From Eledone cirrhosa (lineage: Eukaryota), in NCBI GenBank assembly GCA_964016885.1, contig OZ024741.1, positions 347,200,001-347,264,000 of the forward strand: a DNA stretch of 64,000 bases. Direction: 5' to 3'. This document shows, in pieces, positions 1-13,765 of the stretch; position 1 is the first letter of the stretch; each line of letters starts with the position of its first letter. Below the pieces are notes generated by a model. That model had not been told where the DNA came from and ran no database searches. It saw only the letters and a program-made list of their open reading frames with translations. The translations under genes and the position numbers were made by a program.

Positions 1-220
1 GAATAGCGATGTGTATGGTGGTGGTGGTGGTGGTGGCGATGGAGTGATATGTTCGACATTATATTTACAGGATCGGATGTGACGATGGTTTACAAGTTAA
101 AACGTGACAGAGAGGACAGATAGAACACAACGGTACTGATATGAGGGATGTATGGCCATGTGTCTGTTGGTGGCGATGGTGGGGGTGATGGATGCGACAA
201 GATATTTACAAAATCTGAAG

Positions 221-2745
221 TTACAATGGGTTACATGTTATATAAGAGATGAGGGACGGTGTGGCAAAGCAAAGGTGGTTATCACTACGTTGAGTCAGGG
301 TTAGTGTGTGGCCCTCGGCCGAATATGTTTGTGCAGAGGTGTTCAACCTGGTGTGTCTACAATTTATAATTATGTCAGACCTAGATTGAAGATATTGTTT
401 GGAGTCTGAGGGTTTGTAGTATATGTCTGTTTCTATTTTGTTGTTTGTTTTCTTGATGAGGATGTCAAGGGAAAGAGAGTTGTTCATGGCTGTATTCCAT
501 TGTAAATTGTAAGTTTGTATTGAGTCCATTTAGAAGTGTTTTAAACTCAATCAGTCTTTCTATACTTTCATGCTTGAAGCAGTCGTCCAGATATCTCTTC
601 CAGTTTGTTTCTGTGTGTAGGTAGAAGTGGTTACCGTATTTGTCTAGAACTTTGCGGTAGAGAGTGGTTTCCAAATATATCATGACAAGGTTGGCGTATG
701 AGGGGGCTACTTTCGTGCCCATGGCAGTTCCAGATTTCTGTCTAGTATTTGGCATCGAATTCGAAGAAGTTGTTTTCCAAGATGAATTTGAGTCCCTCCA
801 ACACAAATTCTTTAGGGATGCGCTGGGGAAGTTCACTAGGGAAATTTTCCATCCAGAATTGTATTGACTCTATACCTAGGTTGTGTGGCATATTGGAATA
901 CAGATTGAAGACATCAAAGGTTACTAGTATGTTATATTCAGTATTAAGGGTTGTTGGGTGGTGGTTGAGCATGTCAATCTCGTCCTTTTTGAAGCTTTTC
1001 ATGTGTTTTAGGAAAGATTCCAGCAGAATATCTAGGAAGTTGCTTAGGGGTGGGTTTCACATGTGGTACCTGCTATTATGGGTCTTAATTTTAGGTCATC
1101 AGGAGAGGGGATATTGATGTAAATATTTGTGGCTTCCTTGCAGGCCCTGCCTATTACTTCGCTTTTGTGTGTTTTGGGGATACCGTATAAGAGGTTGGAT
1201 CTGCTTTTGAAATTGGTGATGTAGTTATATTCCTTATCGGTAAGGCCTTCTTTGTACAGGGGTGTTAGGGATTTTAGGGTTCTCATTATTTTCTGTTGTG
1301 TGTAGTATTTGGCCTTTTCGTAATATGTTTGGTTTTCTAGAGTTGAGAGTACTAGAGTCGTGTAGTAATCTGTCTTCATAATGACTACTGCACTCCCTCT
1401 ATCCGCCTCTTTGAGTATTAGGGTTTTGTCGTTCTTTAGACGGTTAAGACGATTCCATTATTTTTGGCTTAGGTTTGGTTTTTGTTTATGTCTGTGTAGG
1501 TGGTGGTATGGGTAATTAGTAATGTGTTCCCAGAATTGATCGAGTAATTTGTTCTTGCCTTTTGGTGGGGTGTAATTGCTTCTATTTCTGGCTATTGAGT
1601 TATCCTCGTTGTATTTATCGTATATTTGCTCCCTCAGTCTTAGTTTTCTCCAGAATTCTGCAATGTCTTCCTTCATTGCGGGGTAGTTAGGTCGTTGAGG
1701 AGTTGGCGAGTATGTTGATTTGGTCTGTTATTAATTTTTTAGGAGTTAAATTAACGATTTTTATTACATTTTGTGTCTCCTGTGTGTTTTGTGTCATCTC
1801 GTTACCCTGTGTCTGTGTGCTGTGTCTATAAAATGACTACGGAAGTTGTGGTGGTTGTTGTTAGAGGGTGTGTAGCTGTGGTGTTTGTTGAAGTTAGGTT
1901 GTATCGTGTGGTTGTATTGAGCCTTGCTTTTGTTGTTGTAGGGTGTGTAAACTTGGTGGTAGTTGTAGTAGGGTTGTCTTGTGTGGTTATATTGAGTTTT
2001 GCTTTTGTTGTTGTATGGTGTGTAGTTATGGTGGTTGTAGTGGTTAGGGTGTCTCGTGTGGTTGTATTGTCCCCTGCTGGTGTTGTTGTAGGATATGGTT
2101 AGTGGAGGAGGGTATATTAGGTTTCCTTATTGTTGGAGTGTGGTTGTGAGGCCCTATGTGGCATGTGTGGTAGTTGTGTATTTTGGGTTCTATATTGAAA
2201 GTAGTGATGTTTGTGGGTTTGTTCTGTGGGGATGTTAGGGTGGTTTTAAGGGTGGATTTTCTATGGTTTATCTTTGTGAGAGAGAAGTTTTAGTGTCTAT
2301 CCTGTAGCTGATGTTTCTCTATTAATATATTTGTTGCTTGGGAATCCTACTGGTAGCTATGTGGTGGGTGTAGGAGGTAGGGGCGAGGTGATGCCTTCTT
2401 TTTTGGTATGTGGGGAGCTATTGTTTTTTCGTTGTTGTTGGTTGTTGTGTGGTGTTTGGGTGGTGATTGGGTTTTCTTGTTATTTTGGTTTTAATGAAGG
2501 GGATGTGTGTTCTTTTTGGAAATGTGTTTCATAGTTAGAGAACCAGGTTTCGTTTATTTCCCAACGTTGAAGGGATTTTAATTCTTCGTTATTTCAGTCC
2601 TCTAACCATAGTTTTGAAATATTTTCTAGGGTGGATTTATTGATAATTGCTTGATTAATCTCATCGTCGATTGATTTGATCCTATCTTCATTTGCTTGGG
2701 CTCTCAAATTAAGGAGTTCAATTTGGGTTTCTATGTTATCAAGTG
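221..2745 (-). mobile_element. Decayed Penelope-like element (possibly Neptune-like): N-terminal region plus RT, GIY-YIG apparently deleted
   Basis: Broken minus-strand ORFs give ordered PLE RT motifs: FWRKLRLRE, LYGIPKTHK, LRPIIAG, TFDVFNLYSNMPH, GTAMGTKVAPSYANL, WKRYLDDCF, IETDIYYKPSDSKQYL. Several frameshifts. Low-complexity Thr/Asn-rich upstream part at 1770-2745. Confidence 0.9.
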
Positions 2746-2749
2746 CCAT

Positions 2750-4179
2750 TCTTTCCCGCTACGTTGATGATATAAACATCGTAGTTATAACAACCCCACT
2801 AGAGAACAGTCAGGAATTAGAGCAAAAAACACAATGGAAAGCATCGAGCAAATAGCTAACTCCATCCACCAGAGTATTAGAGTTACTATAGACTACCCAA
2901 GCAAACACCCCAACCATCGATTACCTGTACTAGACACAGAACTCTGGTTAGATACCATTAATAACAAAAAACAAATCCTCCATTCCCATTATGCCAAACC
3001 CATGACTTCCAAATATCTGATCCACCGAAACTCAGCTGTTTCGGACCATACCAAAATCAACATACTGATTGCGGATTTGGTACGGGTGATGAGAAACGTG
3101 TCCCGCATGTGCAACCACAAATAACTAGAGAGACACATACAACACTTCATCCACCGTATGCAGCTCTCTGGTTACAATCAGAGAGATAAAATCAGAGTGT
3201 ATAGAGGAGCCAGAATCAAATGGGAAAAAATGGTAAATAATGACACAAATGGGACCTGCCCCTTGTGTAGGAGCAAATTTTGGAATAGAATAGAAAGAAC
3301 TAGGAATAAGACTAATAGAATAAACTCATGGTATGATAGCAATAAATACCAGAGTGTAATGTTCATCGATACAACCCCTATAGGTGAATTAGCTTACAAA
3401 TTTAGAAGGGCCCTAGATAAACATAAACTCAATATTAAGATAGTAGAAAGACCAGGTACCTCCATAAAAACACTTATTAGCAAGACATACCCGTTCCAAA
3501 GACCCTCATGTATAGATAAGAAATGTATAACCTGTAAAATAAGCCCCCATATTAACTGTAAAACTAGAAATGTAGTATATAGCATAAAATGTGCTGAAGG
3601 ACAATGTAGAGATAAAAATATAGTGTACGTAGGTGAGACAGCTCGTAGTGTAGGGGAACAGATAAATGAACACTGGCGAGACCTTCAAGATAGTAAAGAA
3701 TCATCTGTACTCTACCAACATGCTAAAATAGAACATAAGGGTAAATTAGAGAACATAGAAATAAAAATAGAATCTACACACATAAAAGACGCAATGTTTA
3801 GACAAGGCAATAAACAAAAGAAGGCAATAAACAGAGGCAATAAACAGAGGCAATAAACAAAAGAATTACAACCAAAATTAAATAGAAAACATGAGTGGAA
3901 CTGCAACATCACATCTTCCAATTAAGGATAAATTTAAAACACACACGCACATAGAACAAACGACCAACCAGTAACATCTAAATAAACAAATAAACAAACG
4001 AATATAAACACACACAGACACCCGGATGTGGCGCATGCGCAGACTGAGTACACAACACACAGAAACAAGATGGCGTAGGGCAGAACAAAGGAGAGGCACA
4101 AAAACAAAGAAAAGAATCCCTAGACACTGAAGAGGTCACAGAATGTGTGACGAAAGAACTTTGAGAATATATAAACAAC

Positions 4180-4180
<1 letters not shown>
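2750..4180 (+). mobile_element. 5'-truncated Penelope-like element (RT C-half, GIY-YIG endonuclease, 3' UTR)
   Basis: RYVDDINI at about 2757-2780, LPVLDTELW, MQLSGY, Cys-rich linker, then NVVYSIKC...VYVGETARS...EH (GIY-YIG). 3' part is homologous to 43570-44120. Ends at a (TA)-rich tract. Confidence 0.9.
4123..4165 (+). ncRNA. Minimal type-I hammerhead ribozyme in PLE 3' UTR (decayed stem I)
   Basis: CTGAAGA-G-GTCACA(gaatg)TGTGAC-GAAA-GAAC-TT. Stem I is disrupted relative to the 44062 copy. Confidence 0.65.
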
Positions 4181-4551
<371 letters not shown>

Positions 4552-4825
4552 AATTATCTCCAAATTATTTTGTTGACCAAAAACTTGCCAAAACTGGTAC
4601 TATAGTTCATAGTAATAGTTCGTCTGCTGTTTTCTTAACACCCCACTTCTCACTGATTAACCTCGATGACACGTGATTGATTCTTTTGGCCACTGACCAA
4701 GTAGGCAGTGAAATTTTCAATGTCTTGGAATTTAGTCAACGCTTTGCTTTTTACTATCCACTCAATTATTTTTGTATAGGTTCCCTGTGTCCATGCATTG
4801 CCTGGGATCTTAGCTGAGAATAGAC

Positions 4826-4880
4826 TTCCCTGATGACGAAAGGCTTTCTCCATGTGTTCCTTCGGAAACCATGTTTATTC
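4826..4880 (+). ncRNA. Hammerhead-like motif
   Basis: CTGATGA (4830), stem II CGAA(A)GG/CCTTCG, GAAAC-CAT-GTT. Stem I does not pair next to the core. Confidence 0.45.
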
Positions 4881-4950
4881 CCTTTCAGAAACTAATTATT
4901 TGGAGTGAAATTTTAGTAAGTTAATTTTTATAATTTTCTTATTTTACGTT

Positions 4951-5001
<51 letters not shown>

Positions 5002-5144
5002 TATATATAACGAAGGAAATGTGGTAAGGAACCAGGTGGACCATAACGGACCAAAGTACTCAATACTTTTTATTTATTTTTATTTTTTAGTCCAGAATTA
5101 GCCGTCGAAAATGTTTGAGCTCAGCCGGCGGGGTCCTACTTGTT

Positions 5145-5180
<36 letters not shown>

Positions 5181-5221
5181 CGAAACATATGTAAATTTCA
5201 AGAATGCATAATCCTTTATTT

Positions 5222-5277
5222 ACTGTTATATATATTTCGATGATAGCCATTGAATGGCTATGACCCCATCAGGCAGT
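5222..5277 (-). ncRNA. Type-I hammerhead-like motif (A9 to G variant or decayed)
   Basis: Minus strand: actg-c-CTGATGG-GGTcATAGCCAT(tca)ATGGCTATcATC-GAAA-T-ATAT-ATA-a-cagt. About 11-bp stem II, palindromic stem III, 4-bp stem I. Confidence 0.6.
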
Positions 5278-5362
5278 TAGTCAGTTCTTAGATATGCCAG
5301 CTCTGTGTTTATAGTGTTGCTGGTATCAACGCCTTGGGATATATATATACACATATACACAT

Positions 5363-5467
<105 letters not shown>

Positions 5468-5624
5468 TATACAGATATGAGTTTCAGAAGATTCCGCAAT
5501 GGGAGTGGCGGGGGGGGGGGGGCAGAGATTCTTTGTTTAAATTTAATCTGTACTAATAATATATTTATTCACACACATACACTATACACACACATCCACT
5601 CATACACAAGCACACACACATACA

Positions 5625-5667
<43 letters not shown>

Positions 5668-7039
5668 ACACACACACATACACTTAATATAAATATGTTA
5701 TTAGTACACATTGAATCCATCATTGTGGGATCTTCTGAAACTCATATCTCTACATCCATCTATGTCTCTGTCTCTCTCTCAATATATATACATATACATA
5801 CGGAGAGATTGGGAGAGGGAGAGAGGGAGGTACACATTCTAATGCACAGTGATTACCGTATTTCCATACTCGGGACATCACCTTAAAGACGACAAAGATG
5901 TTTAGAAGATCCAACTATTTCATTTCAATCTAATTTATGTAAGCCATTCGTGTTTAAGGTTTTCTCCGCTCTTTACTTCTGAATTTTATCTTTAGATCTC
6001 TCTATAACTTTTCAATTCAGAATTTTTCAAATTAGAATGTCGGTGATTCACACCACAAATTGTCTGGTGAAATTACTATTATGCTTAATGGAATAATAAA
6101 TGTGCATGAGCCGAATAAACAAACTAATTCCATTCTCAACACCATAGATTTCAAACCGGGTTCAAATCCCAGGTAGTGATGGTAATGGAGATATCAAATT
6201 AAATTTAAGATCGAAAATCTTCGTTCCTTCAGAAAGGTTTTCATACACGGCTTATTCACTTCCAGACATATGACAGTTACCGACTCCTGCATAATTGGAC
6301 ATGGCACTTTTCAAGTGTTCAGTGTAATGGACTAGAACAAGAAACCATTTGTCTGTGAAGCGATTATCGTAAATGATGTCCAAACTGAGAGGAATACAGA
6401 CGCATTTGACCTATTTCCATTCGTCAAAATTCACAATATATTCTTCCTATAAAGACAGTTGTTAGGAAATAAGGCAATGTACGAATTGTAGAAAAACTAG
6501 TAGATGGAATTGCTTTCCCTGTTTCAATAATCATGGTAGTGAATGTATTATTTCACATCAAAGATGTGCATTTACCAGCCCACAATTTCAAATTATGTTA
6601 AGTAAAATATGCTAATGTTCCTGATGCTGCATATAATCTGCTTTTCCATTTCCAGTTATTCCGCTTCAGCATTCTGTTAAAGGAAATGTAGAGAAAGCAT
6701 TTATTTATCATCAAAAATTGTGGAACAAATTATATTTTTGGATTGATTTATACATATAAACATTCATTAAATATGTATATAATTATGAAAACGATGAATA
6801 CTCTTAATTTATTTTGATTCTTTTTAGAGTCTCTTTACATGATACCAGTATAGACGAACAATCAAAAGGAGGATCGTTTCAGATTGAAAAAACGTATCGA
6901 AATATTGGGCTCTGAATTCTATATTTGTAGTATTGTTTATGTTTTCAGTTAGTCATGCAGCCCAAGGTTACGCAGAAGCTTTTCTCTCCGCATGAAATTA
7001 ATTTAATATTTCACAGATATTGTTTAGGTATAACACATT

Positions 7040-7175
7040 TCTACGACCTTTTATGATCTGAGTTCAAATCCCGCCGAGGTTAACTTTGCCTTTCATCCTT
7101 ACGGTGTCGATAAAATAAAGTACAAGTATTATACAGGGTAATTGCTTGCCTTGTGCCAAAAGTAGAAACAATTAT
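7040..7175 (+). mobile_element. Octopus OK-like tRNA-derived SINE (5'-degraded)
   Basis: B box GAGTTCAAATC, body CCGAGGTTAACTTTGCCTTTCATCC, tail GCCTTGTGCCAAAAGTAGAAACAATTA shared with the other copies. Confidence 0.9.
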
Positions 7176-7179
7176 TTAT

Positions 7180-7760
7180 TCTATATCATGTTGTTGGTTT
7201 ATAGTGGGTATACTATTGCCAGGTTCACCTGAATGTATACATTGTGATATTGACTGATATATCGTTCAGAATTAATGTAATATAGACTATATTTTAATTC
7301 TTTGAGTTTTAGTTTTGAATGATACGGTGAATTGTGTGAATTGAATGACTACAGTCAAATTTCTTTGTTGGCGCAAGGCTTTCTTGTTAGCTAACTTTTC
7401 TTATGTGTTTCTGGTAGGTTATGTTTTTTATGTGGAGCTCATCTCTGATTTTGCCAAGAGAAATTATAATAAATACTGACCCAGGGCTGCCCACTCTCTC
7501 ATGTTTATAGATAACGGATATATTGTGTTATATCATCCAATGTCAAGTTTTGACTTGACTCGTTCGTAGTCAAACAATTTGGAGTATTGACAGAAAACAA
7601 TGTGTAAATTGTTTGTCTGATGTTTCATATTTCTTGTAGTTTTGTTTCGTAGTAAGTTAAAAGGAAAATTGTTATTTTTATTTTATTTATTCCGGTTTTA
7701 TTTGATACCCACTTAAATATGATGACAAGTTGTGAAGAGTGCGCTAATTTAAGTGTCCAG
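7180..7760 (-). mobile_element. Possible ancient PLE remnant
   Basis: Weak minus-strand motifs (RQQRNL; HSGEPG resembling YxGETG). Heavily decayed. Confidence 0.3.
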
Positions 7761-9616
7761 TTCTCTTTTTCCATGAAATCAATTTGCACAATTTCGTTTT
7801 ATAAAGATTAACATAATTCTAATACACATACAAATAAATGGATAACAACAAGCAGAAGACACGCATACATATACATACAAGTTAAAGAAATTCGAGTTTA
7901 TTTAATGAACATCATTTTCATTTTAACACGATTTCATTTAATTGCTTTTTATTTCACTGTTATTTGCCTCAGGCAACAAAATGTATTATATTTTGATCAT
8001 TCACTAACATATTTATTCGTCCAAAAAATATATTTCATTTTTTAAATAAGTATTCATCTTATATATTGTTATATTTTCATATTTATTAATTCATAATTTT
8101 ATGTTATATGTTTAACTCTGTAGTGGATTTAGATTTTTAAACAAATGGTCATTTCTTGTATTCATATAGCTACTCATATTAAACCATTATGGCAAATATC
8201 CCTCTATATATATTTTACCTCACATTACTTTTATTAGTTAATATTGTTGTTTACTTTTATGCTGATTATCACATTACAATGTTGCGTACAATACATGCCC
8301 TGCACTATTTAGTTATATCCCATTGAGGTTTCATACAACTAAAATTTCTATCCCATATTTCGTTTTGTTATTAATAGAATTTGCTTATAAACCTCTAGAT
8401 GGTAAATACTGAGATCTGTGACGTTGGGAAAGGCACGTTCGGGAGGGATATACTTGTGGAATATGTGAGTAATGGAGAGGGAGAAGATGTTAGCGTAGGC
8501 ATAGATGTTGTTGATTTTGTCATTACTTTAATGGGATAATTTAAGAGAAAGAGCATTAATGAGAGAAAATAACACCGGGAATTTATATAGAGATTCAATT
8601 AAAAAAGTTAGATTGCAATAGGTAGGTTTATATATTGTTGACAAGTATAATGAAAAACATTGTTTGAGACGATATAACTTGTATTAATGTATTTGCTCAT
8701 GTTTGTTTTAGGTACGTGTTTGGGGGAATGCCATTGGTTTGATTTACGGTGGTTTAGAACTCGTAGAAGAAGAGTTTCTTGTTTGATTCACAGCAAAAGA
8801 ACTGCATGTGAAATGCTAATAAATATAAAGGCGCTGGATTATAAACATTCTATGTGGAAGAGTCGAGTCAGTATCAGACCTGGTGAAATGCTCTCGCGAT
8901 AATTATATTAATAATGGGAAACATACAATTATATTAATGTTGTGCTTTTGTACAAAATTCAGAAATTGTTACATCATCGTGTAGTGCCGGTTTCAATTAT
9001 TATAACGTCTCGAAAGAAGCTATACAGAAGCAATTGCAAGTATAATTCTCCCATAAAATGCCATTGAATTGATATTAAAATAATTATAAGCATGATTTTC
9101 GAAGATACGAATGATTCCATATAATTCAGTTATAACATTAAAGGCATTATCATATTCTATTTTCTTTAATTTAATTTTTCGAGAAATTAAGCTAACGAAT
9201 GGTATTTTTTTAGCAGAAGGTTTAACTTAATCAAACTGATTACTTGTAAATCCTCACCGCTGTAAATTTATTATGATCACAATATATTGATGGGTATGTT
9301 ATCATGAAATGAAAACCGACGCACCTGTCTCCGAGGATATTACTAACATTTTGTTCGTGATATTGTACCTGATATTTGGCAACACTACAATTACGGTAAT
9401 TAGTATTTTCTTACTTCTAACAAACATTATACTGAAGAGAACCAACAGATATTTATCATTATTCATACGAAGGTATACGAAGTAGGTGATTGAAATGTGT
9501 GTGCTATTCATGGTAGTTTGATTTACATATATAGACATGCTCAGGAAAATTATTTCAAAAAAGCAACTCGCATACATACATAGCTGTAAATATATATATA
9601 TATATATACACATATA

Positions 9617-9721
<105 letters not shown>

Positions 9722-9734
9722 TGAGAGAGAGAGA

Positions 9735-10204
9735 GAGTGAATCTTCGCTTATCCGGACGGTCAAAAGCAAACAGTTAGAAAAAGATCCGGTTAAGTGAAA
9801 TGTCCGTATAAGTGAATTCTAAAATCCCATTGTTACATAATGCTCGTGGTTTCTAATGTTTTCGCTTATTTTAGTCAAAATAAAAGACAAATGCTAAGTA
9901 AAGAAATGTTATTATAATAATAAAAGAACACATAGAATTTATAAGAAAATTAATTAAACAAACATAAGAATAACTAAAAATCTTGATAAAACTGAATTGA
10001 GTCAAATCATAAAAAGTTAGTACTGTTTTAAAAATGAATAAATAGTAGTATAGAAATAGCCGTCCAGTAAATCGAATTTCGGAAAAGCGATATCCGGATA
10101 AGCGAAGCTGCACTGTATATACAAGTACATACACACACACGTACACACACACACACATATATATATTTCGGAAAAGCGATATCCGGATAAGCGAAGATGC
10201 ACTG
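9735..10204. mobile_element. Tc1/mariner (pogo/Tigger-like) MITE with duplicated right end
   Basis: TIR AGTGAATCTTCGCTTATCCGGA (left) and TCCGGATAAGCGAAG(C/A)TGCACTG followed by TA, ending at 10115 and again at 10204. Subterminal TCCGGTTAAGTGAA-like repeats. Confidence 0.8.
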
Positions 10205-10229
10205 TATATACAAGTACACACACAAACAA

Positions 10230-10321
<92 letters not shown>

Positions 10322-10607
10322 GGAGCGACAGAGAGAGCGTGAGAGAGAGATAAAGAGTGAGAGATGGAAACTGTGCGACCAAGAGAGAGAGAGAGAGAGA
10401 GAATAATGATATTAGTCCCGTGCATGGATTTTTAAATACATATGTCTGTGTAATCTTTCGTAAAGCAGTTAGCTTAAATCAATCTATAACAATTGAAACG
10501 TTGAAAACTGTCAAATGCTTAGAAAATTGCTTAATCGTTTAATTTGACGTCCATCGTTCGAAAACCTTAATGTTTTTCGATAGTCGTTCTCATTATTATT
10601 ATTATCT

Positions 10608-10783
10608 GTATCGCTAGAGGGTCGGACGCCATGCTTTCCAGCATAGATACTCCCTTTACAATCTGAGTTCAAATCCTGCCGAGGTTGGCTTTGCCTTTCA
10701 TCCTTACGGGGTCAATAAAATAAAGTACCAGTGATGCACTGGGTAATTGCTGGCCTTGTGCCTAAAGTAGAAACAATTATTAT
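10608..10783 (+). mobile_element. OK-like SINE
   Basis: Matches the 56345 copy over nearly its full length. Confidence 0.92.
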
Positions 10784-11022
10784 CTGCGTGAAATACTGTG
10801 CAACTCGGAGGAGAGCTGCCAATACTGAAATAAGTCTAGGTTTATCAACGTACAGAATGTGTTAAATTACTTATCAAATTAACTTTCGAAGTGCTGTCAT
10901 ATACTCTCTTCATTTCTCATTTATATGAAATCCACTATAGATGTATCGCTGAAAAATGTTTCTATGTCTCTATGTAAGAGGGCGAATAAATGCGTATTCA
11001 CCGTTCATTATACTCCAAACTT

Positions 11023-11456
11023 GTCATGGGCATCCTGCGGCCCACGAAGTATTCTGAATGGCCCGCCTAAGTAAGAAAAGAAAAATATTCGCCATCGTCA
11101 GACAGCCGTGTAATTTTCCACGTTCCTCAAATATTCACATGTTTTGTTTCAAAAACAAACGTTCAAAATAAATCTTTTCTCCGGAGAAAGATTGTTGCCG
11201 CTAATTTACTTATCAGAATAATTAAATCTACGGTTAAATGTAAGTGAAATCTTTCTGAATTTTTTATCCCAACTTTTCAGTCACAATTTTGTTTTCTACC
11301 ATGGTTACGACCGAGGAAAACAACGCGTACGAATTCTGAACAAACAAATCAAAACAACCTGAGTTAACGCCCTTTTTGTTGATATGGGCACGAATGTAAA
11401 TTAGCGCTAACCATTTCTCATGTGGCCCGCATCTCAAAAAAAGTTGCCCATACCCA
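11023..11456. mobile_element. hAT (Charlie-like) MITE
   Basis: Ends ATGGGCATCCTGCGGCCC... and ...GTGGCCCGC...AAAAGTTGCCCATACCC with GGCCCGC subterminal motifs typical of hAT MITEs. Confidence 0.65.
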
Positions 11457-11699
11457 CGTCTGCTCTAAATCTAAACGAGGTCTTGGAAGTAGGATTACAT
11501 CTTGTGGGCCGAAACAACAGTCCAATATAATATCTATATTGGGTCATCAAGTATCAAATTTGTAGAAAAAAACAGTTGACCATATGCCCCCTTACACATT
11601 TCACAACTTGACGACCCAATACTACAATCTACAGATATATATCTAAATAGCACGCGTCTGTATATTTAATGTTTGTGTTTATGTTTAAATGCTGAGCTT

Positions 11700-12080
11700 T
11701 AGCATTTTACTTTTCATTTCAAGTTATTCAGACTTCACACCGCTATTCATATGTGTACATCTAAAGACATTTCCTCAGACAGTAAACCTTCAATTGCCTA
11801 TTTCAACATTTCACATTTTATATAACAAGACATGTGCTAACCCACTTACCTAGATTATATGCTTTCTTTATATCTAATAAAACTATCACAAAACCCTTGA
11901 TTTTCCCTTCTCTTGTCTTAAACTGTTCAAAATAATGTGGTGCATGTCTGGCGCATGTTGGTTTTGCTCTTCTTTCCTTTACGATACCTAGAATTATGTC
12001 TTGAAATTTCGAGAATTCACTGAGCTTATTATGGATTATCATGTCATTCGTCTCATATATTACGTTCCTCTTAAACATTA
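11700..12080 (-). mobile_element. L1-like LINE RT fragment
   Basis: ORF 11818-12078 contains VIVLLDIKKAYNLGKW, resembling the L1 RT motif LDxEKAFDxVxW. Confidence 0.55.
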
Positions 12081-12639
12081 TACGATGTTATGCTATATAC
12101 ATATACGTTGTGGAGAAGAACAGGATGAAGTTTTCTCATAAAAGAACAGTGCAAGCCAGCGACTGTAAAACAAATTCTTACCTAAAATGGCAGGGGAATT
12201 GTGAGGTCTGAATTGACCTGGACCGCAATTACCAATATCCCAGTTTTACTACTAAGAGATTCGCCATCGTCTTGTGATGCAGGGAAAGAAAGGTGGTGTA
12301 GATTGGGGCTTTCTACTTCTTGGGAGATATGCATCGTTGACACATTCAGGAGGAAGCTCAAGAAGTAATGTGAGCTGATTCAACATTGTGAAACCTGTGG
12401 ATATGAGGCACCCTTTTCCCTTGTAGAGTTGGGAATTACAGGATTCAGCAGAACTAGAGTTTACCTGTTCTTAGAGGGCGTTAGAATACAAACAAATGAA
12501 AGGAAACATTATAAGAGGCAGCTGGGACAGAGAATTAAAACATCTACCTCAAAGAAGAAAACGAATGGTGCACATGGCACATTAAGGTGGAGGGAAACAT
12601 CTTGATCGGAGTCACAACGTCTGGCTAATCGAATATCAT

Positions 12640-13316
12640 TGTGAAACATATATAGTGAAATCATTCAGAAAATTTACAATTTGTCAAATATGGGAAACGA
12701 TTTGGAAATACTCTAACTCAACCAGATCTGACGACATTTAATAAATGTTAACAAAAAAAAGCCTATGGTGGCTTCGAACTCGACGTACCATCAAGTCACA
12801 TTTTATCACGAACTGATCACAAGGAATCACCTCTAAGTTCTTTTGGTGACTGCCCTGAAGAGAAACTATTTGGCACTAAATGTTCCAATGTAAATGCTAT
12901 CAATATTAGGGACAGTAAATATTGAAACCAATCATTACAAAAGTACTAATATTGGAGATACAATGCATTGTAAAATATCTACAAACTATTAACAAACACT
13001 TTGAGTGCATGGCAGTTGAAGAAATTTTCGACAAAAGCTCATAGCTGTATTAGAGCTTGCATTGCTTCCCAAGTTTTCTTTATTTTCTATACTTATTTTG
13101 CCTTCTATAACCATCCTTATTTAAATTTTTTATTTAACTTAATTTAATTTAATCTTTTCTTTTAATTTTAACATTACTTTAATTTCTATACATCACATGT
13201 CTCTTTATATATATTTTTTCTAATATATAAGAAGTGCGAAGTACTTCCCTAGTCTGTCATGACTTACAAGTTCTGTACGAACGTTTAAACTGATTGAATA
13301 AATAAATAAATAAATA
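12640..13316 (+). mobile_element. L1-like LINE 3' fragment with (TAAA)n tail
   Basis: KKAYGGFEL (post-RT GGLxL motif), decayed ES..F.DC knuckle-like segment, T-rich UTR and TGAATAAATAAATAAATAAAT tail. Confidence 0.5.
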
Positions 13317-13449
13317 TACATATATAGTGTAAATCGTAATGGTCTTCCGTCTACACATTAAATATTTTTTTATGACCAATGCCGTACAGTCAATTTATGT
13401 ATATATTGTTTAGATTGGAATCATATACATTTGTCCATACACAGACATA

Positions 13450-13456
13450 CATACAT

Positions 13457-13520
<64 letters not shown>

Positions 13521-13566
13521 GCATGCAATACATATATATACATATGCATGCAATACACATATCACG

Positions 13567-13597
<31 letters not shown>

Positions 13598-13670
13598 GTA
13601 TATATATATAATATATATATATATGCATGCAATACATATATATACATATGCATGCAATACACATATCACG

Positions 13671-13762
<92 letters not shown>
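13450..13762. repeat. (TA)n microsatellite with an internal ~105-bp tandem duplication
   Basis: Block GCATGCAATACATATATATACATATGCATGCAATACACATATCACGTA occurs twice (about 13521 and 13625). Confidence 0.9.

Positions 13763-13765
<3 letters not shown>

Noticed and set aside
1773-2102. Val-rich membrane-like ORFs (also 20201-20671 and 21578-22036)
   Set aside because: Antisense reading of Thr/Asn/Gln-rich low-complexity retroelement coding sequence.
6829-6915. Possible terminal exon after TTTTTAG
   Set aside because: Short open frame with no recognisable motif or partner exon.
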